A stretch of DNA of 48,861 nucleotides, the filler included, from Jimgerdemannia flammicorona (taxonomy: Eukaryota), in the NCBI GenBank assembly GCA_003990765.1. It is 2 parts of 2 records of this genome, joined end to end, with 100 filler letters (N's around TTAATTAATTAA, not from the genome) between each part and the next. Parts side by side here need not be neighbours in the genome. Positions count along the whole stretch, not along the records: positions 1 to 24,385 come from RBNJ01000982.1; positions 24,486 to 48,861 come from RBNJ01000983.1. One strand, given 5' to 3'. The position numbers were made by a program, and so were the translations under genes. A model generated the notes under the pieces. It did not search any database and was not told the DNA's origin. It saw only the letters and a list, made by a program, of their open reading frames with translations. Within the stretch, counting starts at the first letter, position 1; each line of letters opens with the position of its first letter. Positions 13,675-26,735 of this stretch are shown here, in pieces.

Positions 13675-15169
13675 AAACTTTGATTTTCCCGTCAGCCAAA
13701 CCCGAATATCCACGTATCTCACCGTCGCTAACTGGATTAATATAGCTTCGGCGCATTCCTATTAGCAAAGCAAGGTTGGGTAGCCAGAACCAGGTTGTGC
13801 AATGCGACATGGGTCGAATTCGCCGTGTAAAAACATGGTCTAAGTTTCCCACCTGCGATGAATAGGCGCAACGTTTAGCCACACCTCGACTGGTGTCACC
13901 ATCGTTCGCAACAGGGCACGTGTCCTCGCGCAAGATATAGATATCAATTGCGTGGGAAACAGAAGCCGCACAACCTGATATGAAACATTCAAACGGGGAT
14001 ACCTACACTTCGCGTCGCAGTGTGTTCGGTGCCATTAGGTGGGGAGAATTCCCCGACGGCGGGACATCCGTGCTGTCGGGATTTGAATTAGTAGTTGGAA
14101 AATAAATGTACACAGTTTCTCAACCACGCATATATTTTCGAACGCATGTATATATACGCTCAAGTGCAAGTTTATGACGACATTTATCTTAAAAACAGGC
14201 AAAAATCATATTAGCAAAGCAATTGTGCCAACAAATGGACAAAAGGTTTTGACACGTGAACTCATATAATAATATTCAGGTAAACGAAGACGATTTCCCA
14301 TCTAATCTTTGGCAATGGGCGCCTATTGTCATCACCTTGACTCTGGCTTTGATAAGGACTGAAACCTTGATGAAGATGTATTTTTGGCTCGGCCCAGGAT
14401 GGAATTAGCGGTCTGCGAACTGTTCAGGAGTATCTCAAGACAAGGAAGTGTGAACGTGCAGCCCCTGTTGTGCAACCAAGCCGTGACCGTGGAGGTAAGA
14501 CAGATGTTCCTGAAAGAAACCGAGAGCGTTTAGAAAATTTCGAGAATGTATCAACTTGCATTTTGTCCCATGGGATAAAATATGGTCCTTTCCCACATGT
14601 ACCTTTGCCTAGACTGCCATTTTACAGGCTATACGATTCCGCATTAGCTGGGAATTTTGTGTACCGCTTCAACCTCAACCCAATCCGATCTTGCTTCGAC
14701 CCGAAGTCGGATATTCTTAAGGTCTCGGCGGGGATTTTCTCCGAGTGTGTGTTGCGCGAGTTCGTCATTCTGTCTCGAACGATTTGCATATCTGTTGGAA
14801 GCCGGCATTCTGCTCAATTTGACCTTTGCCTTTGACTAATTCTACCAAAGTTATGGGGCTGGGTTCGTTTCCACGCCATATCTTTGTTTCGCCTCCCAAA
14901 CACAAGAAAATCGAACCAGTACCCGGCTACACACCTCGTCCATTGGACATCCGACGTAAACATCTGAATCAAGCTCCGCCGACAGATCATCGTCACTCGT
15001 GTCGGGGGGCTCACCTGTTTACCAACGTGTTCGCGATTTCGACTGCCGCTCCAACGGACTGCACCGATCCGACCTGCTGGTACATATGCTTCCAAATTGT
15101 CTCCGAGGCTGAGAATGCACCTAAAGTAGAACTGTCTAGCATGGTTTATACCGGCTCGGTTTATTCAAG

Positions 15170-15285
15170 GTCGCTTTGTATGCGATGCGCGCAGCACGTA
15201 CTATTTAGCAACCAGCGATTTTCAGGTGATTAGAGTCGCTTTGTATGCAATACGTGCAGCTCGTACTATATAACAACCAGTGATT
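15170..15285 (+). repeat. Two 51-bp direct repeats (15170-15220, 15235-15285)
   Basis: gtcgctttgtatgcgatgcgcgcagcacgtactatttagcaaccagcgatt versus gtcgctttgtatgcaatacgtgcagctcgtactatataacaaccagtgatt. Confidence 0.85.
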
Positions 15286-17054
15286 GGCGCTCCTGTGTTT
15301 CGGCAGAATATGTTTGGAACAGTTTGGAAATTCTGAAGTCTTTTTTGTCGTTGGCTAGCCATCAGCAAATTCTATCGGATCGGATTCTGACTGCAAGTCG
15401 ATCGGAGATGGTTTTGTTGCGCGAATCTTGTAGGTTAACAATGAGTTGATACGTAGTTCGTATCAAATATTCTCGGAGAATTTGAGGTGTCATATTTTAC
15501 TGTATCACATTGATCCTGATATCATTCCGAGTCAGTGTCAATTTTAATTAATGGGTGAATAACATTTATAAATCGGGATTGGAATGCTTACATTTTTCAT
15601 ATGCATCACAGGGGCTATCAACAAATGATAATACCACAAGATCACCTTTTCCTCATTATTAATGTCATCCCGCGGTAAAGTTGCTATGGTTACGTCTTAG
15701 CTTGCCACATCTGACAGAAACCCCGCCCGTATTTCAGCATGAACGACTGTTACTATAATCATTATTAACTTGGCTCTGTTAGCCATACTATTGCGATTCT
15801 TGCGATTGAAGTTGGCACCAGACAAAGGGACCCAGCGTACCATACTGGATACGGAGTTTCTCCACCATAGCAGCAAGGACGTCTCGGTGCTTTTCTTGGC
15901 GCAGTAATCGGCACAAGCTCCGAGATAGGTCTTGGGTATGCGGAGATACCGGATCCGAATAATCCGCAAAGTTGACGGTGCGACGTGAGGTTGAAGGACG
16001 ATCAAGGATATCCTCGGATCGTGGCAGCTCCGAGACTGAGGAAGATTAGATCGACGACGAGAATCCCGTGCTCGTGAGCGTATATGAAAACGTTGCCGGG
16101 GGTATGGATAGGGCCGTTATACGACCACTCGACGCGAACCGTATGCTGATCCTTGAAGACCCTGTGGGGAAGCGAGTGGTTGGGATCATTGAACTCGGAG
16201 AGCTGGAAGGCTGTGTCAACGTGGGCGATGTGCTGGACCTTGTCACTGTAAATAACTGCGGAATGGCTGTAGACGACGTGCGTAATCAGCACTCGACACG
16301 ACATTTAGGATGTAGTCGTCGATGGTGGGAAAGGCGCCGACCATGCCGACCGCACCTTCTTTCTGAGGAAATAACGTATACGAAAGAACCCAACTGGAAG
16401 TGTTCATCACTCGACGAACAGGGACTGCATTTCAGTATATATAGCGCCGTCCACAGCATTAGCGCCAATAACAACCGAAGAAACCCAGGTATCTCCCGTT
16501 TAAAATTGAATCTCCCTATCCGACATCCTCCTCGCTCTCACACACCTCCCTACGTAATCCCGCCATCAGCCCATCGCCACAAACATGAACCTTCGTCTCC
16601 TCTTGTTCAGCTCCGCCTCGTTCTTCTTTGGGACGGCTCAAGCTGCAGAATGCGGACAGGAATATTGCGACCCTTGGATATCGCAATGCGAATCTCTACA
16701 GAGCCCTTCCCCAACCAAGCATCTCCATACCGGCAAAGGCTGGACCAGCAGCAACCCAAAACCGTCGCCTCAATTTCAACAATACAATATATTAGTTGAC
16801 ATATGAGAAAAAATAAAATGAAATAAAAACATAAACAAAAATATTACAACCCTCTCTAACTCCCATTTCCGCCACTCTCTCCTAATGGCCTCTCGACTTG
16901 ATTCGGCGGGGGTCGGCATAGATGGGCAGAGTGAGTGGCAAAATTGACAAGGCTCGCCTCAATTTTCAAATTTACACATCACCCGTCACCGTTTATCTGC
17001 TTCTGGCGCATGGTGAATGGGCTCCCTACTCCTTCGCGCTTCAGTCTCATTCCC

Positions 17055-19037
17055 TCACGGTCTCTTCTCCCTTTCGTTCTCTCCGTCTAATTCTATCTCG
17101 GCCGGTTTCTCATGATTTACATCCCCCAACTCCGACAGCAAAATTGTCACGGGAATCGTACTCTGCCGTTCATCCGGTTTCCGCGTTCCATCCGCCCCGA
17201 AGGAGTGAGGAGGCGTGTACCTGTAATGGTCGCTTGTGTGCTGCTCGTGCCAGTGTTTGCGGAGATGGCGTCTGTGTTTACGGAGAACAAAAATAGCAGC
17301 GAATACAATTAGCGCGCAAACGACCACAGTACCGATGACACCGCCGACGATCGGACCGATGTTGTTTTGGCCTGTGGATCCTGCAGATGAAGAGGTTGTT
17401 GAGGCCATGAAAGAGATTGTTGGGGTCGTGAAAGAGGTCGTAGTCGCTGTGCTGACCCTATGGGAATGGGAAGGATTAAAATTGGTAGAAGTATTTCATT
17501 CTTGCTTATCTTACCCTGTATTACTTACCACTGTGATTGCGCCATGTCATACACGTGGAACTGAAAGTTGGCCAATAAAATAGAATTAATGATCCGTTGA
17601 ATACAGAAATAAATTCAATGCGTGCTGGGGCTTACCTGGTCACTATTAACAGTGGAATTACCTCCAAGCCACCCTCCGTACATGACAATCTATCACATTA
17701 GAGGAAGAAAATAACCCCCCATACGAGCTTTAGTTCCACATTCCACATCACCAGTTCCTCTATCCCGATAGATAATTTCTGTGTCTCATTTATTCGCCAA
17801 TACCTCCAACCGACCGATCAGGCCTACATGCAACTTACCGAATTTCCCTGCTGCACGTAATTCTGATCCCATATTGGCGGGGGCCACAACCCCGTCTGCT
17901 TCGTCTGGTTGGTCACTGAAATACCGATCTCCAACGGACTCGATGAGCTGTGATTAAGATCGAGCAGCTGCAAGGTGTTGACCATCCCGACTGAAGTGTT
18001 GTTCGTGGCGCCTTCACAGGGGATATGCGTGTGAGAAGGTTATATGGAGGTGGGTGTGCACGGATCAATTCGATTGACAATCATATGTCACAGGACACAC
18101 ACCTGGGAAGACGTAGAGTCGATTCAGTGGTGGGTAGAAGAAGGTTTGGCAATCAACGAGTGGCAGCGTGAGGTTTGACACTGCGAGATGCCACAGGCTG
18201 GTTGCGATATCGAACATCCAAATTGTGTTTGTCGCGGTCGCCGCAATTTGCTGGCTCTGGCTGGCATCGCCGCCGATCAAGAATATAACACCGCTAGTTG
18301 TAACGTTAGTGACGTTAACGAGCTGCGTGGCTGAGACGTAGGCAAGTGAAGGGCGCAGCATGTTGGGCGGTAGAATGGTCGCCCCAGCCTGCCGCGTGGA
18401 CCAACTATACGTCGTGAGGTTGAGAATGTAGATGTTTGTGGGGGGAGACTGAGATTGAGCTATGACATCCTGGAAAATCCAGAGTGAATCATCGACGGTA
18501 ACGATACGCTGCGAGCATGTGATGCTCTGTGGGCAACTGATCAAAGGGGGTGGGTTTGGGGCCCCCGTCATGTTAAGACGGCCAAGCCAGCGGTCGTGAT
18601 AAATGTCGTAAGCATAGTAGTCGTTGCTCCCCACTAGAAGGGTACCATTTGGGGTCACTACACAGGGTCGGAGGTAGGAGTTCTGTGTGGTGCTCGTCTT
18701 GCCAGTGGACCACATGTTTGCGAAGAGGTCGTTAATCGAGAGGGTGCTCCATTGGACAGTCTCATTCTGCGTAGTTACATTCAGTGGGAAGCTGGTGTAC
18801 ATGAACAGGCTCACATCGGATTTGTTGCCACCAAGAATGTGGAAGCGGTTGTTGTAAGCGAAGGCACAGCCTTCCGCGCGGGGGCCTGTGGCATTTTTGG
18901 AAGGTTAGTGGTGAGCGAGGGCAGGGTGCAAATGTTCGAATTGACGCAATAGCTGGACGTAAACCTGCAGCGTTTGGTGTTGCCGATAGAGCGAAGGGCG
19001 CGAACAGTAAGACCAGTGCCAATGCGAGAACAAACAT
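17055..19037 (-). CDS. Kelch/galactose-oxidase-type beta-propeller single-pass membrane protein, about 6 exons
   Basis: Signal peptide MFVLALALVLLFAPFALS. After intron 1: GPRAEGCAFAYNNRFHILGG. Kelch motifs IYILNLTTYSW, IFLIGG...WMFDIATSLW and IVMYGG...VYDMAQSQW. Ser/Thr stalk, TM IVGGVIGTVVVCALIVFAAIFVL, then RKHRR and a cytoplasmic tail. Confidence 0.88.
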
Positions 19038-19714
19038 GGTGAAGAGGGGACAGGAGTGTGGCGAAAAGAGAGGACAGGAGTGTTGCGAAAAGTTTGAGGA
19101 CCTCCCTAGTTAGGCCAAATTTCGGGGCAACCTAGCCCTAAATGAAAAATATATATAACGAGGATGTTCTTTGTCCTTTTACAATCGTTTTACCAAGTTC
19201 GTCTGGGCTGTGTCAATGTTGCTGCAGTCACTCATGCTAATACAGTGGGACCAATCTGTAAACCATACCACATAATCCGACCCTCGGCATGGTGACGTAA
19301 TGTAAAAATTTGCATCCTTGAACGGCGTCAAAATCTTTGACTGTTCCTATTATCTACAATATCAAAAGTTGACTAGATACATATATGTACTAGGCTAGAA
19401 CCTTAATCTGAAGTCAACCTCTTTTGAGTACTATTGGTAATAAACTACTATTTACCCTGCAAAACTACAAGAAACTCTGCTACATATACATATATTTTTT
19501 GAATACATTTTGACTGGGATTTTGGTTTACATAGGTTTTATATTTCTTGGAGTAAAGGTTTGTTATGCCAGAACTTATATTTTAAAGCTGAAGTTGATAG
19601 TTCTCACATTATTGCAACCGAGTTAAAAATCCTGGAGGGGAAGCTAACTGGCTTTTTATTTTTTTATTATCTCATTGAGATATCCTTTAAAAGACTCCCA
19701 TTTCAATTTTCTTG

Positions 19715-20123
19715 CATCTCAATCGTCCTTCCATCATCTCAATCATTCAACGTTCCATCTCAATCGTCCTTCCATCATCTCAATCATTCAATGTTCCATC
19801 TCAATCGTCATCTCAATCGTCGTTCCGTCATCTCAATCGTCGTTCCGCGTTCCATCTCAATCGTCATTCCGTTCATTCTGCGTTCCATCTCAATCGTCGT
19901 TCCGTCATCTCAATCGTCGTTCCGTAATCTCAATCGTCGTTCCGTCACCTCAACCGTCGTTCCGTCATCTCAATCGTCGTTCCGTCACCTCAACCATCGT
20001 TCCGTCATCTCAATCGTCGTTCTGCGTTCCATCTCAATCGCCTTTCCATCGTCGTTCTGCGTTCCATCTCAACCGTTGTTCCGTTCTGTTATCTCAATCG
20101 CCGTTCCGCGTTCAATCTCAATC
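19715..20123. repeat. Minisatellite, unit about 20 bp (CATCTCAATCGTCGTTCCGT) with variants
   Basis: Visible tandem reiteration. It explains the spurious overlapping ORFs at 19560-20510. Confidence 0.95.
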
Positions 20124-20129
20124 CACTGC

Positions 20130-20540
20130 TCATGGATGGACTCCTTTTATGAAGGTTGCTTCAGCTACTTGGTCTCAGATAGCATCAGCATAATCTGCAA
20201 GGATTATCTGATATCAGATTCTGGTGTAGAATGTGTTTGGATCCTCACTCATTCCTTAGTATGTTGTATTGAACTGATCCTTCAGGGCTTGCTTGATCTC
20301 ATCTGTATAGTAGGTGGCTCAGAGCCAGGCCTTCTATGCTGTCAGTATAGTATCATCATTGTTTCCCATATAGGTTGCAGCTATGAATGCTGCTCTTGCT
20401 GGACCTTAGAGACTGAAAAGTATGAGGGCTACTTGCTGTCTTGCTGTCAGGGTTCTTACAGCAGCGTACTGTTTGAAATCATCAATGAAGATAATGACCA
20501 ATTCATCTGAAATATATCTATAGAATACTAGCAGTCTCAT
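20130..20540 (-). pseudogene. Degenerate retrotransposon gag (capsid) fragment in an AT-rich, CpG-poor island (~19390-21325)
   Basis: One frame reads LLVFYR...DELVIIFIDDFKQYAA...LILFSL*GPARAAF...AWL*ATYY...Y*GMSEDPNTFYTRI*...EATFIKGVHP, a Ty3/Gypsy gag pattern (L.G.A; Q...E....FY.R; FI.G..P). Every stop is one transition from CAA, CGA or TGG. Confidence 0.7.
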
Positions 20541-21605
20541 ATCCATCTTGTCTGGATGTTTTGATTTGATTTGTGTAGTTGTTCAGGTGGTAGTAGTTGT
20601 TCATTGTTTAGCTTGAAAAGTGAGAGATTTATCTTGAATCACTAGTCAATAGACACTAAGTTATAATGTAGCAGACACATAACTGAGTAAGTATGTTGGA
20701 TTTCTGTATTTTGAAAATTTGATCTTCTTTGACTCCTCAGAGTCCTTGGAATACAAAGATGGGTGAGTTCAAAGTATATCTGCCCACAGGCTTACTAGTT
20801 CTCTTACTTTCTCTTTACTTTAAACTATTTTGATCTAAGGTTTATTCACTCTGGATACTGGAATATTTATACAAGTTTGCTAGCTATAAGGTGGCTGAGT
20901 TATGAGTCACTTTTCACAAGTATTACATTTTTTGACATCTGCAGAATCTTTAGTAATTGCAAGGATTTTGGCATCTGTAGAATCTTTAGCATTTGCCAAA
21001 GTTTTCTACATTTGCAAAATATAACTGTTATTTATAAGGCTATACTATATTTGGGAATCAGATTCAGGTACTGTGATCAAGTATCTATTCCCCTGATTTA
21101 TATTCCTAATTCAGATCAACTGTTACACTAATTAAAACTAAATTATATATTATTTTAAAGTTTAAATTATAATTATGTTAAATTTTTTTATTATATATTA
21201 TCTTATTATTTAATATAAATAGTAACAATTTTATTTAATTTTTATAAGTTTATTTATATTAATATAATATAAATGACTTTATAAAAATCTAAATTTAAAA
21301 TCATGTTACTTTTTATCTACAGTAGTACATATCTCTCCTCATACACTTTACTTCTTATCTCGGTCGTGTTATGTCTTCATTTTACCAATGCAGTTACTGC
21401 TGAATGTCTGCCCCACAATGGATACCGTTGGTTTGTAACTTCAGCCAATTTTGGGGGTTGATCGTTCAATGAATTCCATGGTCCGATCATCTGTACCACC
21501 GAAAGATCCCTGTCATATCGGGGCATTCCTCAGGCAGATGGTGGTGGGTAGCATTCGGAAATTGAAGTGGTCAGCCTCCCTCTCTCCCTTGTCCTCCTTA
21601 AAACA

Positions 21606-23499
21606 ATGAAGCCCTTTTCCCTTGTCTCCGTCGCAACTCTCGTGCTCGCCTACCTCGGTGCCGTTACCGGGGCCGTCCCAGGGAAGCAGGGTTTTATTGA
21701 TGATGTGGGCAAAATTCCTAATCAAAGGTGAGCAAGACAAAATTCACGAATTCACACGTCGTTCGCATCAAAGGGCTCATTGACCAAAATCACTGTTCAT
21801 TCGAAAATCCCGCCAGTCCCACCGACACCAAGGTCCGTAAGGTAGTCCAGCTTCCCTGTAATAACCGCCCCGACCGATGCGACATGCCAGTCGATTGGTT
21901 CTTGTGGCTCGGGACGCATAATTCAGGCGCTGTCCACCTACGAGACATCGATGAGGATGTGACAGATCCTGTCCGCGAGCTTGAGTTCGAATGCGGGTAT
22001 AATTGCCAGGATCAGAGTGTCACTACGATGTTGCAGGACGGCGTGCGACTCCTTGACATGGGTCGGTATTAGTTCTGCGTTGCATCCATTTGGCCGATAT
22101 AAACCACTTCCTGCTGACACACGGCTCGCCCGCACACACAGACCTCTGCGGTTGGAAGGACAAGAATGTTTATCTCTGCCACGCAATGCATGGCGGCCAG
22201 TCTCTTGGGTTGGTGGACGGTTACGGCGTCCTCTACTCCGAGTTTCTCCGCGAGGCCTTTCGTTTTTTGACCACAAATCCGCATCAGGCGATAGTGCTGC
22301 ACCTATCGGATAACGCGGTCAACAACAATGCATACCGGGTGAACCTCATGCAAGTCGATGACATTGTCGATTCCGTATGCAAGGAGTTTGTCCCTAACGC
22401 TCCGAAGGGCGCCTGTCCTCTTATCCACATCCAACCCCCTGCGCCCCAGGCGTGGCCCACGCTTAAACAACTAGTCTCTCTGGATGACAAAAACGCAAAA
22501 ATTAAGAGCAGAGCGATTATTACTAACTCGGGAGATTTCCATGCACCAGACGGGTATCAGACCAAGTATATCTCACCAGTGAGTTCACAATCGAATATTT
22601 GTGCTTCATGCTCGTTATTTTGTTAATATTATTTACTTTATAAATGTAAACCGGAACGTTAATGTTGTACTCGTCACTGCACGTATTTTCCCAATCTGAC
22701 GTTTTCACGTCGTCATTCCTCCCTACTAGATGTTTTGGCAGAATTCGTGGTTCGAGGACCAATCGACCTCGACAATTGAACCCCATCTGAACCAGATGTG
22801 CAAGAACTCTATCTCAATCGGCTACGAAGGTAACTTGCTCAATCGTTGTCTTTCTGCATCGCATGGCTGATGTTGATTTCTCTGACGCTAACCAATCCTT
22901 GACTAGCTATTCTCGGGTACAAGTTCCCGCGTTGTATCAGGTTAGCATTTTTGCTGATGTTTTTACAGACAGATGGGAGGGTCGTGATGACATAGAGCCA
23001 ATTTATTTGCATTCGTTTTTCTTACGAGTGCCATATTTTCGATTTTTATTTTTATTTTCATTTATTTATTTATCCCTATCTTGCAAATATATAGAGATTT
23101 GGCCAGGAAGGTATGTTCACGATTACATCAGGCGACACCATGTACTCGATCATTCAAAATCCAGTTATCTCCAGCGTCATTTTGTTGCTGATTCTACCGC
23201 GCTCGTCTTTAATCGATCCATTATTGCATCTTCACTTTATCCATGCGCCCGTCCCATAGATTAATAACCCTTCGTACTTGAACGAGTCCATCTTCGCCCC
23301 GCAGGGCTGTAACATCCGCGCCACGCCGACTCAGACCCGCATCTCGATGCTCATGGTGGACTTCTACCAGACCCACTTCGCTTGGATAAAAGACACTTTG
23401 CAATCCCAGTTGCTGGAAATCAACTGGAATAAATACAAACAGACGATTGTCAAGCCCAAGAAGGGGAAGAAGGGGAAGGGGAAGAAGGGCGGTAACTGA
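21606..23499 (+). CDS. Secreted PLC-like phosphodiesterase (PI-PLC X-domain/TIM barrel), multi-exon
   Basis: Signal peptide MKPFSLVSVATLVLAYLGA; CNNRPDRCD...LGTHNSGA; QDQSVTTMLQDGVRLLD; LCHA; FLTTNPHQAIVLHLSD; WPTLKQLV; final exon ...ISMLMVDFY...N*. Some internal exon boundaries are uncertain. Confidence 0.85.
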
Positions 23500-24241
23500 G
23501 ACGCGATATCTGGTTGTTTCGTGTACGTGCGCGCGACTTTGTTGATGGAAGTCGGGTGTTTTGAGGTTGGGATGAGATGTACTGTCTTATTTGCGAGGGA
23601 TTATAGAAATGTTTGTATCCTTTCGTTGCACTCTACTTTTGCGCGATTAGAAATACTAATACTTTAGATAATATGATCTCATTAAATTAATCAATTCCGT
23701 GCGTTTAGTGATGTGTTCAGTACTATTATTTCCGGCCAATCATGTCTACAGGGTGTCGTGCCTTTTTCAAGTCACTTTTCTTATCAAAAGCCAAGATGGA
23801 CTCTCCAAAAAAAAAAAACTCCTTCCCCCCCCCCCCCCACTCCCACCCCCCGTTAAGCGATCGATATTTGCTACACCACAACTGGGTCCCAACGCCTTCG
23901 AAGGCTCTACTTTGATCTTGTCGCTCTGCATTAAGCTCATCCGACAACTTTTCTCTCTGGCCCGATGCCAAACAACAGGTGAATGCCGTTCCCCACGACA
24001 CCGGATTCTTGCCCCTATCAACGACGATCACTATCCGGGCTTCGGAATTCTTCCCCGACTCCTGAGCTCAGAGAGCCGACCTTCGGGAGTATTCAATTCA
24101 AAAAGTATATCCCGAAATTGTTACGTTCGCTGTCTCCGTGTCACTCTCGCACCAACCGCACTCATTGCCACCGTACACAGTCGCCGTCAGAGTTTAATTT
24201 TTGCCCAAGACTGCGCCGTGAGATTGCTGAGGCAAGATTGG

Positions 24242-24285
<44 letters not shown>

Positions 24286-24353
24286 GTTGGTTGGTTTTTT
24301 TGTTTTTTTTTTTTTTTTTTTTTTTCCTATTTTTTTTTTTCCACAAACATAAA

Positions 24354-24384
<31 letters not shown>

Positions 24385-24385
24385 T

Positions 24386-24485
24386 NNNNNNNNNNNNNNN
24401 NNNNNNNNNNNNNNNNNNNNNNNNNNNNNTTAATTAATTAANNNNNNNNNNNNNNNNNNNNNNNNNNNNNNNNNNNNNNNNNNNN
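24386..24485. other. Synthetic scaffold gap: 44 N + TTAATTAATTAA + 44 N
   Basis: Exactly 100 nt and symmetric, with a six-frame stop linker at 24430-24441. Preceded by a low-quality poly-T contig end. Confidence 0.95.
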
Positions 24486-24541
24486 TTTCAGAATAATGTG
24501 AAGAGCGGCTTTATGACGATCCGAATATCACCCGATGTTAC

Positions 24542-24687
24542 CTTGTGAGCTTTGCTCCGGTCTGGCTCAGGACGTTGAGAATTTTTGTGGGTTCAACAGG
24601 GTCAATGACCGCCGCCTCTTTAGTCTTATCGTCTATCAAGATGTACGCGTAGTTGTCTTCAAGGACTGGGATGGGAATGATTTTCAT
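24542..24687 (-). CDS. GLO2: Hydroxyacylglutathione hydrolase (glyoxalase II), first exon only, truncated by the gap
   Basis: MKIIPIPVLEDNYAYILIDDKTKEAAVIDPVEPTKIL... is the typical glyoxalase II N-terminus (DNYAY, DP.EP). GTAAC donor at 24541. The THxHxDH exon is not in the window. Confidence 0.85.
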
Positions 24688-26735
24688 CTTTGTTTCTTGG
24701 GATGTCGTTTGGCGTTTGTTGATGAAAGGTATGCACAAAGGAATCTCAAATTGTGGTTTGCTTTTCTGGGGAAGTTCTGAGACTAAAGGCACTAACATTT
24801 TATACGTTTTCTTCAGAACTTTCGAAGTTCTATGGAGAATCATCCATTCCAGGGACCTATTATAAGCAACCTGTGCTACATGCCTTGCTTGTTTGGTTTG
24901 GCTTCTATTTGCGCGTAAGTTTCCTATCCACGAGGACTCTTTTGCGAGAGCGCGATATAGCCACGAAAGCGCGGAGCTAAGGCTGAAATCCAGAAAACTT
25001 TGGTGAGCACGAGCGAGCCTTGGGCCGGGGCGAATAGGCAATCTCCGCCCTAATAACCCAACCAACTTGTCCTACATCTCATTCCCCAGTATCCCGTCCA
25101 AGCGAAGCTCGGCAATTACAATATGGCATATAAGTTATTCAGGGGATATTTTAATTATCCATGATTTTGCGGCGGGTGATTGTACATTGCCTTCATGGCT
25201 GTTATAACCGATGGTGAATATGATGCACGGAATTTAAGGAGACAAACTAGTCTGGACTATCGAATCCACCGTGTTGGACCAATTAACAAACATCTCGCTA
25301 CATCGCAATTTGCCCCAACTGACCCCAACACACACAACCAAGGGCTCCCGATCCCGACCCGCGTGCTTTCTCAATGGAACATTGCGATACGCCTGTCAAT
25401 TTAAAATCGGAATTCCGAGGAGAATTTGTGTCTGGGGTTGCACCGATGATCGCCAATGTACAACGTCAACGTCAACCGTGAACGGGCCATGCAATTTTAG
25501 TAAGAAGATCTTGCACGCGCACACATGTACGCGTACGTAAACATATACAGAAGGAAAAGAGAAGGAAAAACAAAAGTACGTCATATCAGCCCTTTCACCT
25601 TGTCAGTCCTTGCCACCCGATCCATCGGACCGTTGTTACCGCTCTCTTACAAATTGAATACCGCCGAGGCGTATGGCGTGACGTATTTCGTTTGTTGTTT
25701 GGTCGCGCCGATTGCTTTGGTCGTCATTCGAAGCTTCCATTGTTGTGGCACCGATCAATAGGTCCTAGGGAATGTTCGACGGTAGAATTTCTCGCAAAAC
25801 GTGGGGTCTGGGATCCGGAAGGCTTGTCGTCATAGGCAGCGGAGCTTGTTGATGAAAGGACCCTTCGCACGAGGGATAATAAATGACGTGCAGCAAGGAG
25901 GGAAACGAGCCGAGATCTGGTGCAACAGTAATCGATTTATGACGGGTACCCGTTGATTTAGATGAAAACCGCCTCTTGGAGGTTTCTAAGAAAGATCAGT
26001 GATGGGAGCGAGAACGAATAAAATGGCTCACGCGGCGATGAAATAGTCACTTTTGTCTTTTTCACGCCGCTTTTCGCCGAACCGTGTATCATTACTAATA
26101 GCGGTAGGGATAACCCCGACTGTTCAATTTCGCAAGCCAAGTTTGTATGCATGCACTATGGGATAAAATCAGGTCTCGTAACCGACATATAGCATATGCT
26201 TCACACACCGCACGACATATTAGTTTGTGAACACACCTTGAAAGGAAGTTTTGCCACGGCATGCCGATCTGAGCAATGACGTGAGGCCAAAGCCTTGTCA
26301 TTGGACATGATCGTGCGAAAGTTGCTATGGCTAAATTGGGCATGGTGTGGCAAGATTTTGTTTTTTCAGAGAAAACACGACGAATCATCCCATTTTACGA
26401 CTAAACATAATTATGTTCTACAACAGGCAAGAAGTCACATGCATTAACTCAACCGCCAATATCGTAGATATTTATCGTACTCATTCCACCGCATTTATAA
26501 CAAAGTTTCCAATCATTTATGGAAGACGCCGAACGTGGCTTGTCTACGCAAACATTTTTTTTTAATACAAATTAAAATATTGTCAACCATCATTGGAATG
26601 AAGGGCTTGCGTATTTTTATTTTATTATTATTATTATTATCGTCATGATATTATTGGCAAATATTAATATCTGCATTTTTGGACTCTGCTCATCCCTAGG
26701 TTACGAAATTGTGATTGTAAACAAGCTAATACAAT

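Noticed and set aside
14053..14080. GC-rich hairpin CCCGACGGC...GCTGTCGGG as a Helitron 3' end
   Set aside because: No CTRR terminus at the expected distance and no Rep/Hel relic.
14690..14730. Minus-strand LRISDFGS resembling a kinase DFG motif
   Set aside because: No HRD or APE motifs nearby; probably chance.
19560..20510. Long plus-strand ORFs of 316, 172 and 71 aa, or a CRISPR-like array
   Set aside because: Products of the minisatellite and the antisense of the gag relic. There are no unique spacers and the context is eukaryotic.
24688..24798. In-frame upstream ATG giving GLO2 a 37-aa extension (dual targeting)
   Set aside because: The extension has acidic residues and little Arg, unlike a mitochondrial presequence; no supporting evidence.
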